Assembly: GCA_965662235.1 (NCBI GenBank)
Contig: CBFIGY010000002.1
Location: 160,001-224,000, forward strand
Direction of reading: 5' to 3'
Length of the DNA stretch: 64,000 nt
Origin: an uncultured bacterium
GTDB lineage: Bacteria > SAR324 > NAC60-12
This document shows, piece by piece, positions 9,142-20,620 of this stretch (within the stretch, counting starts at the first letter, position 1; the number at the start of each line of letters is the position of its first letter). The notes beneath the pieces are model-generated. The model made no database searches, had not been told where the DNA came from, and saw only the letters and a program-made list of their open reading frames with translations. Made by a program: the position numbers and the translations under genes.

Positions 9142-10029
9142 TTAGGCGGAGCGACGCAGCACCACCCAGCTTCCGGCCACAATGAGGAGGACGCCCAGCC
9201 ATTCGCTCCAGGCCGGAACCGTTCCCCAGATCAAGAAGCCGAACAGCAGCGTCCACCCCAGCTTCGTGTAGATCAACGCCGCAACAGACGTTGCAGTCGT
9301 GTCCTGCGCCTGATACGACCGGACGAGGCACTGACGAGACAGGAACAGCAGGAACGCTGCTGAGAGGAACGACAGCTCCAGACGCGTCCAGAGCTCTTGG
9401 AAGTCAATCATCAGCCCCATCGCAATCAGGACCATCAGGGGCTCCCAGAAGATCAAAGCGGAGGTTGGAATCCCCTCCCCAATGCGCTTGACCAGGATCC
9501 ACCGGAACGACGCCGCAAACAGAGAGAGCAGCATGAACAGGTGATACTGCCACTCGCCCACGCCGTTCCACTCCCCCTTCACCAACAGGAGCCCGCCCAT
9601 CAGTCCTAGGGCCAGGCCCACTCCGAGCGCTTTCGGAGGCTGCTCCTTCAGCATCACAATCGCCAAGGCCCCCATTACCAGCGGGGACAGCAGACTCATG
9701 GCCCCGTACTCGAACATGGACAGGCCAATCAGGGAGTAGACAAACCCTGTCCAAGCGACCAGCGTACAGAGCGAAATGACCACCAACGGCTGCCAACGCT
9801 TGGGCGCCAGACGCCGCAGGGAGCGCTTCTGCACCCCCTCCTGCAGCGCCGTCAGGAGCATGATCAGCGACGCTGTGGCAAAGTTGATCTCCTTGAAGTC
9901 ATACGCGCCCAGCAGCCACTTCTCTGCGGCAATGTTGGAGGCCAGCAGGAAGTACCCGAGCAGGGTCCAACCGGTCACCGGAGTCAGGTTGAAAAACGAT
10001 GGGCGCTTGAGGGCGAGAGCAGAAGACAT
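9142..10029 (-). CDS. DMT/EamA family transporter
   Basis: About 10 TM helices in two repeats; 'LKE' and C-terminal 'WLGVLLIVAG'; start at MSSAL chosen. Confidence 0.8.
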   Translation of the reverse strand: MSSALALKRPSFFNLTPVTGWTLLGYFLLASNIAAEKWLLGAYDFKEINFATASLIMLLTALQEGVQKRSLRRLAPKRWQPLVVISLCTLVAWTGFVYSLIGLSMFEYGAMSLLSPLVMGALAIVMLKEQPPKALGVGLALGLMGGLLLVKGEWNGVGEWQYHLFMLLSLFAASFRWILVKRIGEGIPTSALIFWEPLMVLIAMGLMIDFQELWTRLELSFLSAAFLLFLSRQCLVRSYQAQDTTATSVAALIYTKLGWTLLFGFLIWGTVPAWSEWLGVLLIVAGSWVVLRRSA

Positions 10030-10297
10030 AAGGGCATGCCGAAAGAGGAGGGAGGCATCATCACAGAGCGTCACTCTACTGCGGATCTCAGGGGGATACA
10101 ACGGAAATCTGGAAAAACCCCGACTGCTGGAAAATGAGCATCAAATTCTCAAATTCCAATCAAACGCTAACAATTGACTTGCATCCTACACGAGCTTTTG
10201 AAAACATCCCGCGGTCGCTACATGTCGGGGTAGCAGACTCTTTCTTGGTTCCAATTCGGACAAGCGGATTCCGACAAAACTATTCTGGAGAAGCACG

Positions 10298-12367
10298 ATG
10301 CCTCACAGTAATATCTTTCACCGAACCAGCAAGGGCTTGGCTCTGTCAGGGCTGCTGCTGGGACTGACCTCCTCTGCCTGGGCCGCCTGCCCCGCAGTGA
10401 CTGTTGCGGATATGAAGGGGGTTGCCCCTGGAAAGTATCCTCAGCAATTTGAACTGAGCACCTTCGAGAAGAATGCCAGCTGCGAGCTCTCGTTCTCAGA
10501 GAACCCAGACATCAAAGCGCTGAACGCCCGCATCCGGGGCAACACTCAGAATCTGCCTTCGGTCGAGGATCGGCTTCCAGAAGAGCCGCTGGTCGTGGCC
10601 CCCTATGAGGCCATCGGCAGTTACGGCGGCACCTTCCGTGCGCTCTCCAATGCAACGGAAGCCGGCACCTCCGACTTCCTCTCGGTCCGGCACGTCAACC
10701 TCGTCCGCTACTCCGACGACCTCGAGACCATTGTCCCGAATGTCGCCAAGGACTGGGAGTGGAACAGCGATTACACCGAGCTGACCTTCTTCCTCCGCAA
10801 GGGCCACAAGTGGTCCGATGGCGCCCCCTTCACGGCTGAGGACATCAAGTTCTGGTACGATGACCTGAACTTTGACACCAACGTGGTGGAGAAGCCCAAG
10901 GACTTCCTGCTCGTCGGCGGAGAGCGGATGCAGGTGGAAGTGGTCAATGAGACCACCGTCAAGTTCATCCTTCCGGCTCCGAAGCCTGGACTGCTGGCGC
11001 ACTTTGCCACCAGCTACGCCCAAGGCTTCCAGCCCAAGCACTTCTTGGGTCAGTTCCACCCGAAGTATAACAAGGATGCCGACAAGATGGCGAAGGCCGC
11101 TGGCTTTGAAAACGGCTACGCGGTCATCAAGGCCTACTACGGAAGCTCCGACTGGACCGACACCCCGTCCCCGCTGCTGAACAGCCCGGACAAGGTGGGC
11201 AAGTTGCCGGCAGACGTGGTGCCGACTCTGGAAAGCCACATCTACGTCACTGACACCACCGAAGGACGGCACCTCGTCGCCAACCCGTACTTCTTCATGG
11301 TGGACACCCAGGGTCACCAGCTGCCTTACATCAGCGAGCAGGATGAGGTCTACATCAACGACCACGAAGTCCGCAAGCTCAAGGCCATGAACGGCGAGAT
11401 CGAGTACAAGGCTCAGTCCTTCAAGCTTCCGGACGCGCCGTTCCTGCTGGACGGACAGGACAAGGGAGACTACTCCGTCTACCTGAAGCCGGCGATCGCC
11501 ATGCCGACCTTCTCCTTCAACGTCACCTCGGAAGACCTCGAGAAGCGCAAGGTCTTCGGTGACCTCCGCTTCCGTCAGGCGATGTCCCTGGCCATCAACC
11601 GTGATGAGCTGAACGACGTGGCCTTCCTCGGACTGGGCACGCCGCAGCAGTACATTGGCTTCTCCCCGGCACCGAAGTTTGTGGACGCGAAGTGGAAGAA
11701 CCACTACATCAACTACGATCCGGCAGAAGCCAACAAGCTGCTGGACCAAGTTGGTCTGAAGGACGTGGACGGAGACGGCTTCCGGGAACTGCCCAACGGC
11801 AAGAAACTGGTGCTCAACATGCAGTTTGCCACCCAGGGGATGTCCTCGCAGCTCGCCGAGATGGTGGCTCAGTACTGGAGCGCCGTTGGCGTTCAGGCCA
11901 CCACCAAGGAGGTCACTCCGGACGAGTACCGCTCCTCTCAGTCGTCCAACAAGCTGGACGTGGGCATGTGGGAAAAGGGTCAGCCGATGGCCATCATCCT
12001 CGGCAACGCCGAGCTGTTCATGCCGCCGTTTGAGAACTACTTTGCTCACCGCGCTGGAATGCTCTGGGCCGAGTACGTTGAATCCAACGGCTCCCAGGGC
12101 GTGAAGCCTCCGCAGTATGTCATGGACATGATCAATGACATCAACGCCTTCCAATCGGCAGCCCCGGGCTCTGCAGAGTCCAACCGCCTTGGCGCACAAC
12201 TCGTTGAGAACATGGCCAAGCACCTGCTGTTCATCGGTACCGTCCTAGGTCCGGAGCCCATCTACCGCTCCAACAGTCTGAAGAACTTCCGGGAGTTCCA
12301 GACGACCTCTTACGAGTACTACCGCACCTTCCCCTACCGGGGTCCGCAGTGGTACCTGGCGAATTAA
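10298..12367 (+). CDS. ABC transporter substrate-binding protein, family 5 (OppA/DppA-like)
   Basis: Signal peptide; 'LPSVEDRLPEEP', 'LRKGHKWSDGAPFTAEDI', 'RFRQAMSLAINR'. Confidence 0.92.
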   Translation: MPHSNIFHRTSKGLALSGLLLGLTSSAWAACPAVTVADMKGVAPGKYPQQFELSTFEKNASCELSFSENPDIKALNARIRGNTQNLPSVEDRLPEEPLVVAPYEAIGSYGGTFRALSNATEAGTSDFLSVRHVNLVRYSDDLETIVPNVAKDWEWNSDYTELTFFLRKGHKWSDGAPFTAEDIKFWYDDLNFDTNVVEKPKDFLLVGGERMQVEVVNETTVKFILPAPKPGLLAHFATSYAQGFQPKHFLGQFHPKYNKDADKMAKAAGFENGYAVIKAYYGSSDWTDTPSPLLNSPDKVGKLPADVVPTLESHIYVTDTTEGRHLVANPYFFMVDTQGHQLPYISEQDEVYINDHEVRKLKAMNGEIEYKAQSFKLPDAPFLLDGQDKGDYSVYLKPAIAMPTFSFNVTSEDLEKRKVFGDLRFRQAMSLAINRDELNDVAFLGLGTPQQYIGFSPAPKFVDAKWKNHYINYDPAEANKLLDQVGLKDVDGDGFRELPNGKKLVLNMQFATQGMSSQLAEMVAQYWSAVGVQATTKEVTPDEYRSSQSSNKLDVGMWEKGQPMAIILGNAELFMPPFENYFAHRAGMLWAEYVESNGSQGVKPPQYVMDMINDINAFQSAAPGSAESNRLGAQLVENMAKHLLFIGTVLGPEPIYRSNSLKNFREFQTTSYEYYRTFPYRGPQWYLAN

Positions 12368-12380
12368 TCGTCTGATGCCA

Positions 12381-12437
12381 GCAGGAGCGTTTCCGGCGCT
12401 CCTGTCATGAGTTACGGAGGAGGACTTCCTCCTCCGT
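12381..12437 (+). terminator. Two GC-rich hairpins after the binding-protein gene (attenuator or mRNA stabiliser)
   Basis: CAGGAGCG-N7-CGCTCCTG and ACGGAGGAGGA-CT-TCCTCCTCCGT. Confidence 0.5.
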
Positions 12438-12460
12438 CCATCCTCAACTCCAAACCGGAT

Positions 12461-13468
12461 ATGCTGCAATTTGCCCGCTTCACGCTGACGCGGGCCGTGA
12501 TGGCCTTGCTCACCTTACTCATGGTCTCCTTCATCGTCTTTACGCTGATGGAGATGGTTCCTGCCAACTGCGCAGAGCGGTACCTGGCCTTCAAGAACAC
12601 GCAGGGTTCCCAGATCACCGTTGAAGACATCCGGGCGGAAGAAATCCGGCTCGGCTTGGATCAGCCCTTCATCATCCGCTGGGGAAAGTGGGTGACCAAC
12701 GTCTTTGTGTACGGAGACTTTGGAGAAAGCTGCATCCTCCGGGTCAGCATCAACCAGTTGCTGGGAGAGAAAATCTGGTTCTCCCTTGGGCTCTGCTTCG
12801 TGGCCCTCTTCCTGGCGTACCTCATCGCCGTTCCCATTGGGATCATCTCTGCCACCGCCAACAGCGCTGTGGTCAACAACACCCTGAGGTTGATTTCCTA
12901 CCTTGGTCTGGCCATGCCCAACTTCCTGCTGGCTCTGATCATCATGCTCTTTTCCACCGTCTATTTTGGCGACACGCTCACTGGTCTCTTCTCGGCAGAA
13001 TTCCGAGACGCTGAGTGGTCGTGGGCCCGTTTTCTGGATTTCCTGTCCCACGCCTGGCTTCCCATCTTCATCCTCGGGTGGGGCGCCACCGCATTTGCCC
13101 TGCAAACCGTCCGGGCCCTCATTTCCGATGAGATCGGCAAGCTCTACGTGACAGCGGCCAAAGCCCGGGGCCTGTTTGGGTGGCGACTGCTGTGGCGGTA
13201 CCCGTCGAAGCACGCGCTGGGACCCATCGTTAACTCCCTGGGCTTCGACCTCAACCGGGTTTTCAACCAGCTTCCCATTGTTGCCATCATCCTGACCCTC
13301 ACGGAAGCCGGTGCCCTGCTGCTGGAAGCCCTGGCCCGCTCCAACGACCAGCAGCTTGCCGGAGCCATCATCTTCATGCTGACGGCGTCCATCGTCGGCC
13401 TCAATTTCCTCACCGATATCCTCCTGGCCCTGATTGATCCCCGGGTCCGGAAGAGCTTCATGGGATAA
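12461..13468 (+). CDS. ABC permease (OppB/DppB-like)
   Basis: 'GLDQPFIIRW', 'YVTAAKARGL', 'LIDPRVR'. Confidence 0.9.
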   Translation: MLQFARFTLTRAVMALLTLLMVSFIVFTLMEMVPANCAERYLAFKNTQGSQITVEDIRAEEIRLGLDQPFIIRWGKWVTNVFVYGDFGESCILRVSINQLLGEKIWFSLGLCFVALFLAYLIAVPIGIISATANSAVVNNTLRLISYLGLAMPNFLLALIIMLFSTVYFGDTLTGLFSAEFRDAEWSWARFLDFLSHAWLPIFILGWGATAFALQTVRALISDEIGKLYVTAAKARGLFGWRLLWRYPSKHALGPIVNSLGFDLNRVFNQLPIVAIILTLTEAGALLLEALARSNDQQLAGAIIFMLTASIVGLNFLTDILLALIDPRVRKSFMG

Positions 13469-13470
13469 GG

Positions 13471-14682
13471 ATGACGACAGAAGCCACCATGAATGCCACT
13501 GTTCCAACCAACGCCGCTGCCAGCGAGCAGAAACGCAAAGAAGCCTACTTCACCGCCAGTCAGGGACAGCTGATCTGGGAGCGCTTCCGGCGCAACCGTT
13601 CAGCCATGATCGCGGGGTTCATCCTCCTGATCCTGATCCTGATGGGGTGGCTCGCGCCCTTTCTGTCTCCATACGACCCCACCATTGCTGGGCGCAACAA
13701 GGAGTACCTGAATGGCGCCCCGCAGGTTCCGATGTTCTGTGACCACAACGGCTGCTCCCTGCGTCCGTTTCTGCACACCCCAGAACGCACCCGCTCGGCC
13801 AAGACGAACTTCCGGTGGGTCACCACGATCAACACCGAGAAGCGCCGGTACGTGCAGTTCTTTGTTGAGGGCTGGCAGTACTCCTTCTTTGCCTTTGAGT
13901 GGGACCTGCCCGGCGAACTCCTCGACCTCCAGTTCCCAGGACTGCGCTTCAACACGCACCTCTTTGGCGTGGATCAGGGCGGCATTCACCTCTTTGGGAC
14001 AGAATCCGCAGGGAAGGACATCTTCTCCCGGACCATGCACGCCATCTGGACCTCCCTTGCCGTGGGGACAATCGGGGTCGTCATCAGCTTTGTGCTGGCC
14101 CTCATCATCGGAGGCGTGTCCGGATACTTTGGAGGGCTTTTGGACAGCATCCTCCAGATGATCACCGATGCCGTCCGGACGGTGCCAATCATCCCGCTCT
14201 TCATGGCGCTGGCGGCCTTCATTCCGGATGAATGGAGCTCTGAAACCCGATTCTTCTTCATCTCCATCATCATCGGCTTCATCAACTGGCCCACCCTGGC
14301 TCGTCGGGTCCGGACTCACCTGCTGACGGAGCGGAACCAGGAGTACGTTCTGGCGGCTCAGCTCTGTGGGGCCTCGCCGGCACACATCATCGCCCGGCAC
14401 CTACTGCCCAGCTTCACCAGCTACATCATCATTGACCTCGTCATCTCCTTTCCGTACATGGTGCTCTCTGAGACGGCGCTCAGCTTCATTGGTCTGGGCC
14501 TGAAGGATCCCGTCAACTCACTGGGCGCCTTGCTGCAGAATGTGACCAATGCCGACGTTCTGCTGAACTACCAGTGGTACTTCATCCCCACCATCTTCTT
14601 CATCCTGCTCGTGTTGACCTTTGTGTTTGTCGGAGACGGTCTTCGTGATGCTGCGGATCCTTACACGGAGCGTAAGTCATGA
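13471..14682 (+). CDS. ABC permease (OppC/DppC-like)
   Basis: 'HLFGT...GKDIFSR', 'EYVLAAQLCGA', 'GDGLRDAADP'. Confidence 0.9.
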   Translation: MTTEATMNATVPTNAAASEQKRKEAYFTASQGQLIWERFRRNRSAMIAGFILLILILMGWLAPFLSPYDPTIAGRNKEYLNGAPQVPMFCDHNGCSLRPFLHTPERTRSAKTNFRWVTTINTEKRRYVQFFVEGWQYSFFAFEWDLPGELLDLQFPGLRFNTHLFGVDQGGIHLFGTESAGKDIFSRTMHAIWTSLAVGTIGVVISFVLALIIGGVSGYFGGLLDSILQMITDAVRTVPIIPLFMALAAFIPDEWSSETRFFFISIIIGFINWPTLARRVRTHLLTERNQEYVLAAQLCGASPAHIIARHLLPSFTSYIIIDLVISFPYMVLSETALSFIGLGLKDPVNSLGALLQNVTNADVLLNYQWYFIPTIFFILLVLTFVFVGDGLRDAADPYTERKS

Positions 14683-15701
14683 GCGAACCGCTGATCGCTG
14701 TAGAAAACCTCAACATCCGCTTCAACACGGATGAAGGCAAGATCCTGGCGGTGGAGGACGTCAGCTTTGAAATCGCCTCCGGCGAGGTCCTCGGCCTGGT
14801 TGGAGAAAGCGGCTCCGGAAAGTCCGTCACAGCCAAAGCCCTCATGCAGCTCAATGCTGGCAACACCGTCTATGATCCCGACAGCCGCATCTGGCTGCAG
14901 ACGGAGTCCGGACGCGTCGATGTGCTTTCCTTCCGTAAGAACCGCGAGCTGAACCTGGTCCGGGGGGGAGCCATTTCCATGATCTTTCAGGAGCCAATGG
15001 CCAGCTTTGCCCCGGCCATCACCATTGGTGACCAGATGGTGGAACAGCTGCTCCTGCACACCAAACTCACCAAGAAGCAGGCCAAGGAGCTTTCCATTGA
15101 GATGCTGGAGCGGGTGGGCATTTCGGATGCGGCACGACGCTTCAATCAGTACGCGTTTGAGTTCTCCGGAGGCATGCGGCAGCGGGCGATGATCGCCATG
15201 GCCCTTTCCACCAAGCCCAAGCTGCTCATTGCCGATGAGCCCACAACGGCTCTGGACGTGACCATCCAGGCGCAGGTGCTTGACCTGATGAAGGACCTGG
15301 TCTCAGAGTTTCACATGGCCATCCTCTTCATCACCCACGACCTGAGCGTCATCGCCCAAACCGCAGACCGGGTCGCGGTCATGTACCTTGGACGCATTGT
15401 GGAAACGGGAACCGTCCGGCAGGTCATCCGGACCCCCCAACACCCTTACACGCAGGGACTGCTCAATGCCCTTCCGAAGCTGGAAGACCTAGGCCAGCCG
15501 CTAACCCCGATCCCTGGCGACATCCCCAGTCCCCTGGAGCGCCCGACCGGATGTGTGTTCCACACCCGCTGCCCCCAAGCCATGGCCGGAACCTGCGAAG
15601 CGTCTGCCCCAGCCCGAACCGAACTCGGTGGAGGCCACCAAGGCGCCTGCTTCCTGCTTGACCCCAGCACGGCCTCTGCTGCCTCGGAGACTCCCGCATG
15701 A
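14679..15701 (+). CDS. ABC ATP-binding protein (OppD/DppD-like)
   Basis: GESGSGKS, 'SGGMRQR', '[10 protein letters not shown]', 'HPYT', C-terminal Cys cluster. Confidence 0.93.
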   Translation: MSEPLIAVENLNIRFNTDEGKILAVEDVSFEIASGEVLGLVGESGSGKSVTAKALMQLNAGNTVYDPDSRIWLQTESGRVDVLSFRKNRELNLVRGGAISMIFQEPMASFAPAITIGDQMVEQLLLHTKLTKKQAKELSIEMLERVGISDAARRFNQYAFEFSGGMRQRAMIAMALSTKPKLLIADEPTTALDVTIQAQVLDLMKDLVSEFHMAILFITHDLSVIAQTADRVAVMYLGRIVETGTVRQVIRTPQHPYTQGLLNALPKLEDLGQPLTPIPGDIPSPLERPTGCVFHTRCPQAMAGTCEASAPARTELGGGHQGACFLLDPSTASAASETPA

Positions 15702-16684
15702 GCCAACCCAATCACATCTCGGTCCGAGACCTCTCGGTTCATTTCAACTTCAAGCAGGGGTTCTTGCAGAACATCCCCCCAGTCCGGGCCGTGGACAACG
15801 TCTCACTCGACATTCCACGGGGTTCCTTCTTCGGGCTTGTTGGCGAGAGCGGCTCTGGCAAAACAACGCTGGGACGTGCCATCCTGAAAGCGGCCCCCAT
15901 CACCTCCGGATCCGTCAATTATCAGGATGATGAGGTTCACTACGACCTTGCTCAGATTGACAAGAGCCAGCTCAAGGACTACCGCAAGCGCGCGCAGTTG
16001 ATCTTTCAGGATCCCTATGCCGCACTGAGCCCACGGATGACCGTTCGGGACATCATTGCGGAACCGCTGGAAGTGATGGGGCTGACGTCCTCCCGAGAAG
16101 AAACCGATGCCCGAGTCCGGGAAATTGCCGCCAAGTGCCGCCTCAACCTAGAGCACCTTCGACGCTTTCCCCACGCCTTCTCTGGCGGACAGCGGCAGCG
16201 CATCTCGATCGCCCGGGCTTTGGTCTGCCAGCCCAAGTTTGTGGTTGCCGATGAGAGCGTCGCCGCCTTGGACGTTTCCATCCAGGCGGACATCCTCAAC
16301 CTGCTCAAGTCCCTGCAGCAGGAGCTGGACATCACGTTCCTCTTCATCAGCCACGACCTCAGCGTGGTCGCACACATCTGCGACCAGGTGGCCGTCATGT
16401 ACCTCGGCTCCATTGTGGAAACAGCGACCTCGCGGGAACTGTTTGCACAACCGCGGCACCCGTACACCAAGGCCTTGCTCTCCGCGATCCCCTCTCTTGA
16501 TCCGGATGCCCCTTCCACCCACATCAAACTGACCGGTGAGATTCCCAGTGCCAGCAACATTCCTCCGGGGTGTCGCTTTCACACACGCTGCCCCCACGCT
16601 CAGGAATCGTGCCGCCGGGACGTCCCGCAGTGGCGACCGCTTGAGGGACATCATCTCGCTTGCCACTTTGCCGACGAGCTATAA
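15698..16684 (+). CDS. ABC ATP-binding protein (OppF/DppF-like)
   Basis: GESGSGKT, 'FSGGQRQR', 'HPYTKALL', 'GCRFHTRCP'. Confidence 0.93.
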   Translation: MSQPNHISVRDLSVHFNFKQGFLQNIPPVRAVDNVSLDIPRGSFFGLVGESGSGKTTLGRAILKAAPITSGSVNYQDDEVHYDLAQIDKSQLKDYRKRAQLIFQDPYAALSPRMTVRDIIAEPLEVMGLTSSREETDARVREIAAKCRLNLEHLRRFPHAFSGGQRQRISIARALVCQPKFVVADESVAALDVSIQADILNLLKSLQQELDITFLFISHDLSVVAHICDQVAVMYLGSIVETATSRELFAQPRHPYTKALLSAIPSLDPDAPSTHIKLTGEIPSASNIPPGCRFHTRCPHAQESCRRDVPQWRPLEGHHLACHFADEL

Positions 16685-16692
16685 AGATAATT

Positions 16693-16717
16693 TTTTGTGA
16701 TTTTTAAGATCACAAAA
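16693..16717. promoter_or_regulatory. Perfect 9-bp inverted repeat upstream of phnW (operator or terminator)
   Basis: TTTTGTGAT-TTTTAAG-ATCACAAAA in an AT-rich island. Confidence 0.5.
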
Positions 16718-16797
16718 TTGATTAACATGCACTCACCCACAGGGTGGGAGTCCGCAACAGCGGCCCCACCTTGCGCCTTCCTGACCATAAAGAAACC

Positions 16798-17922
16798 ATG
16801 TCCTTGACTCCTAGTGATCCACGACTCCTTACCCCGGGTCCGCTGACGACCTCGCATGAGACCAAAGAAGCGATGCTCCACGACTGGGGGTCACGGGATG
16901 CGACCTTCATTGAAGCCAATGCGCGTGTGCGCCGGAAGCTGCTGGAAATTGCCAACGCCCAAGACACGCACGTCTGTGTTCCGCTTCAAGGCAGCGGCAC
17001 CTTTGCTGTGGAAGCCGCCCTCGGCACCCTGATTGCGCCCACCGGCAAGGCGCTGATTCTGGTCAACGGCGCCTACGGACACCGGATGGCAAAGATGCTG
17101 GGCTACATGAAGCGAGAGTGCCTCATTCAGGAGACTCCAGAGGACACGGTTCCAGACCTAGAACGTCTTGACCAGACCCTTGCCGCCGATGCTTCTGTGA
17201 CACACGTGCTCGTGGTGCACTGCGAAACCACTTCCGGGATCCTCAACCCGGTGGAAGCCGTTGCAGAAGTCGTTGCTCGGCACCAGCGGTCGCTCATCAT
17301 TGACGCCATGAGTGCCTTTGGCGCCATTCCTCTGGACGCTCAGCAGGTCCGTTTTGATGCCGTCATGGCTTCGTCCAACAAGTGCCTTGAAGGAGTTCCG
17401 GGGATGGGGTACGCCTTGATCCGCCAAGAGGTGCTGGAGACCTGCCAAGGAAACGCCCACTCCCTCAGCCTCGACCTCTACGACCAGTGGAAGGCGATGG
17501 AGGCAACGGCTCAGTGGCGCTTCACCCCTCCAACGCACGTGCTGATTGCCTTTGACAAGGCAATGGAGCAGTTTGCTGCTGAAGGAGGAGTCAGCGGCCG
17601 CAACGCCCGCTATGCAGAAAACTGCCGGATCCTCATTGACGGCATGGCCACCCTCGGTTTTGAGCCGCTGCTTCCGGCAGAGCTGCAGGCCCCGATCATT
17701 GTTACCTTCAAGATGCCGGCAGACCCGGCGTTTGACTTCCAGACCTTCTACAATCACGTCAAGGACCGCGGCTACATCCTCTATCCCGGCAAGCTGACGG
17801 TCGCCCCGAGCTTCCGGGTGGGCTGCATCGGCCACCTGGGCGCAGACGACATGCGGGCCGCCCTGAGCGTAATGAAGGACGTCCTTCAGGAAATGGGCGT
17901 CACCAGCGGAAAACCAGCTTAA
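16798..17922 (+). CDS. phnW: 2-aminoethylphosphonate:pyruvate transaminase
   Basis: 'LLTPGPLTT', 'QGSGT', 'HCETTSG', 'DAMSAFG', PLP lysine in 'SSNKC', 'QWRFTPP', 'YPGKL'. Confidence 0.96.
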   Translation: MSLTPSDPRLLTPGPLTTSHETKEAMLHDWGSRDATFIEANARVRRKLLEIANAQDTHVCVPLQGSGTFAVEAALGTLIAPTGKALILVNGAYGHRMAKMLGYMKRECLIQETPEDTVPDLERLDQTLAADASVTHVLVVHCETTSGILNPVEAVAEVVARHQRSLIIDAMSAFGAIPLDAQQVRFDAVMASSNKCLEGVPGMGYALIRQEVLETCQGNAHSLSLDLYDQWKAMEATAQWRFTPPTHVLIAFDKAMEQFAAEGGVSGRNARYAENCRILIDGMATLGFEPLLPAELQAPIIVTFKMPADPAFDFQTFYNHVKDRGYILYPGKLTVAPSFRVGCIGHLGADDMRAALSVMKDVLQEMGVTSGKPA

Positions 17923-17933
17923 GCCAATCTCTC

Positions 17934-19172
17934 ATGAACACACCCACGTCTCTTTCCGTCAATGGACGGCAGTACGCCTGGCCCCGTCAGCCGCTGGTTG
18001 CGGTCTGCATCGATGGCTCTCAACCCGAGTACATGGAAGCCGCCCTTGCCGGAGGCCACATGCCGTTCACTCAGAAGATGCTGGAAACCGGCTCTGACCT
18101 CCGTGGCCACAGCGTAGTCCCCAGCTTCACCAATCCCAACAACCTCTCCATCGTCACGGGCGTTCCGCCAAAGGTCCATGGCATCTCCGGAAACTTTTTC
18201 CTCGACCCAGACTCAGGACAGGAGGTCATGATGAATGACCCGAAGTTCCTCCGGACCGGCACCCTCTTTCAGGCCTTTCATGACGCCGGAGCCAAGGTGG
18301 CTGTGGTGACCGCCAAGGACAAACTCCGCAGGCTTCTGGGACACGGCCTCGACTTTTCCTCCGGACGCGCCATTTGCTTTTCGTCGGAAAAAGCCGACCA
18401 GACGACTCTCGCAGAAAACGGCATCGACAACGCTCAGGCCCTTGTGGGCCGGGACATTCCCAGCGTGTACTCTGCCGAACTGTCGGAATTCATCTTTGCC
18501 GCAGGTGTGAAGCTGATGGCATCCCTGCGTCCGGACCTGATGTACCTTTCCACCACCGACTACATCCAGCACAAGCACGCTCCCGGAACGCCGGTGGCCA
18601 ATCAGTTTTATGCGATGATGGACGGGTACTGGCAGCAGCTGCATGAACAAGGTGCCGCGCTGGCCCTCACCGCCGACCACGGCATGAACGCCAAGACCAA
18701 TGACGCTGGCGCTCCTGATGTCCTCTACCTGCAGTCCCTCCTTGATGAATGGCTCGGGACCGATCAGGCGCGAGTGATCCTTCCGATCACGGACCCCTAT
18801 GTGGTTCACCACGGTGCCCTGGGGTCCTTTGCAACCGTTTACCTTCCTTCCGGAAGCGACGCTCAGGCCATGGCCCACCGCCTCGCTGAAGTCGAAGGGG
18901 TGGAAGCCGCCTACACGAATGCTCAAGGATGCGACGCCTTTGACCTGCCGAATGATCGTCTGGGCGACCTGATTGTCGTTTCCACCACCCACAAGGTGCT
19001 GGGCACCACTCCGGAGCGTCACGACCTCAGCGAGCTCAAGGAGCCGTTGCGGTCCCACGGAGGCGTCTGTGACCGGAACATTCCGCTGGTCTTCAGCCAA
19101 GCCGTTTCGGCGCCTGCGGGTGCCCTGCACAACTATGATCTGTTTGACCTTGCCCTCAACCATGCTGCCTAA
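17934..19172 (+). CDS. phnA: Phosphonoacetate hydrolase
   Basis: 'CIDG', '[14 protein letters not shown]', '[11 protein letters not shown]', 'TADHGM', 'LRSHGG'. Confidence 0.96.
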   Translation: MNTPTSLSVNGRQYAWPRQPLVAVCIDGSQPEYMEAALAGGHMPFTQKMLETGSDLRGHSVVPSFTNPNNLSIVTGVPPKVHGISGNFFLDPDSGQEVMMNDPKFLRTGTLFQAFHDAGAKVAVVTAKDKLRRLLGHGLDFSSGRAICFSSEKADQTTLAENGIDNAQALVGRDIPSVYSAELSEFIFAAGVKLMASLRPDLMYLSTTDYIQHKHAPGTPVANQFYAMMDGYWQQLHEQGAALALTADHGMNAKTNDAGAPDVLYLQSLLDEWLGTDQARVILPITDPYVVHHGALGSFATVYLPSGSDAQAMAHRLAEVEGVEAAYTNAQGCDAFDLPNDRLGDLIVVSTTHKVLGTTPERHDLSELKEPLRSHGGVCDRNIPLVFSQAVSAPAGALHNYDLFDLALNHAA

Positions 19173-19180
19173 GACACGCC

Positions 19181-20620
19181 ATGCCTGATTTCCCCCTCCA
19201 TGAATCCATGCGCATTGGCGGCCAGAAGGTCGCTGGTGACGTCGGCACCCTCGAGGTGTTCAATCCCTACACCAACGAAGTCGTTGGCACCGTCCCCCGG
19301 GCTTCCCGGCAGCAGGTTCAAGAAGCCCTGAACCGGGCCCACCAGTTTCGGCCTAAGCTGACCCGTTACGAGCGGCAGCAGATCCTGACCAAAACCGCCC
19401 AGCTGCTGGTCAGCCGGAAGGAGGAAATCTCCGACCTGATCACCGCTGAGTCCGGACTTTCCAAGAAGGACTCGCTCTATGAAGTCGGGCGCGCCTTTGA
19501 CGTCTTCACCCTCGCCGGGCAGCTCTGCATCCTAGATGACGGAGAGATCTTTTCCTGCGACCTCACCCCGCACGGGCAGAAGCGGAAAATCTTCACCCAG
19601 CGCGATCCCCTGCTTGGGGTCATCAGCGCCATCACGCCGTTCAACCACCCGTTGAACATGGTGGCCCACAAGATTGCCCCCAGCATTGCGACCAACAACC
19701 GCATGGTCTGCAAGCCCACGGAGCTGACCCCGCTGACCGCGTTGCTGCTTGCAGACGTGCTCTATGAAGCTGGGCTGCCTCCGGAGATGTTCCAGGTCGT
19801 CACCGGGCTTCCGGAAGACATTGGGGACGAGATGATCACCAACCCGCACATCGACCTTGTGACCTTCACCGGAAGCGTCCGCGTTGGAAAGCTCATTGCC
19901 GAGCGCGCCGGCTACCGCCGGACCGTGCTGGAACTCGGAGGCAATGCCCCCCTCATCGTCATGGAGGATGCCGACCTTGACCGTGCTTCCACCCTCGCCG
20001 TCGCAGGAGCCACCAAAAACTCCGGACAGCGCTGCACCGCCGTCAAACGCATCCTCGTTGTGGAGTCGGTGGCCGATGAGTTTGCCGCGTTGGTGACCGA
20101 AAAGGCCAAGAAGCTCAAGTACGGAAATCCGATGGATCCGAATACGGACGTGGGCACCGTGATTCATGAAGAAGCCGCCACCCTCTTCCAGAACCGGGTG
20201 ACTGCAGCAGTCGAGGCCGGGGCAACCCTGCTCCACGGCAACAACCGCGAAGGCGCCGTCTTTCCACCAACCGTCGTGGATCAGGTTCCGTGGGACAGCG
20301 AACTGGTCATGGAAGAAACCTTTGGGCCGGCCATTCCCATCATCCGCGTCAAGGACATTGATGAGGCCATCCGGGTTGCCAACGGGACCGCGTTCGGCTT
20401 GTCTTCCGGGGTTTGCACCAACCGGCTCGACTACATCACCCGCTTCATTGCCGAGCTCAACCACGGCACCGTCAACATCTGGGAGGTCCCGGGCTACCGC
20501 ATTGAAATGTCTCCCTTCGGCGGCATCAAGGATTCGGGACTGGGCTACAAGGAAGGCGTCATTGAAGCCATGAAGAGCTTCACCAACGTCAAAACCTTCT
20601 CTCTGCCCTGGCAGGCCTAA
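19181..20620 (+). CDS. phnY: Phosphonoacetaldehyde dehydrogenase
   Basis: ALDH motifs 'TPFNHPLN', 'ELGG', 'NSGQRCTA', '[12 protein letters not shown]'; phnWA context. Confidence 0.94.
   Translation: MPDFPLHESMRIGGQKVAGDVGTLEVFNPYTNEVVGTVPRASRQQVQEALNRAHQFRPKLTRYERQQILTKTAQLLVSRKEEISDLITAESGLSKKDSLYEVGRAFDVFTLAGQLCILDDGEIFSCDLTPHGQKRKIFTQRDPLLGVISAITPFNHPLNMVAHKIAPSIATNNRMVCKPTELTPLTALLLADVLYEAGLPPEMFQVVTGLPEDIGDEMITNPHIDLVTFTGSVRVGKLIAERAGYRRTVLELGGNAPLIVMEDADLDRASTLAVAGATKNSGQRCTAVKRILVVESVADEFAALVTEKAKKLKYGNPMDPNTDVGTVIHEEAATLFQNRVTAAVEAGATLLHGNNREGAVFPPTVVDQVPWDSELVMEETFGPAIPIIRVKDIDEAIRVANGTAFGLSSGVCTNRLDYITRFIAELNHGTVNIWEVPGYRIEMSPFGGIKDSGLGYKEGVIEAMKSFTNVKTFSLPWQA

Noticed and set aside
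16696..16714. TGTGA...TCACA as a CRP/FNR site
   Set aside because: Spacer is 9 nt, not 6; kept only as an unassigned inverted repeat
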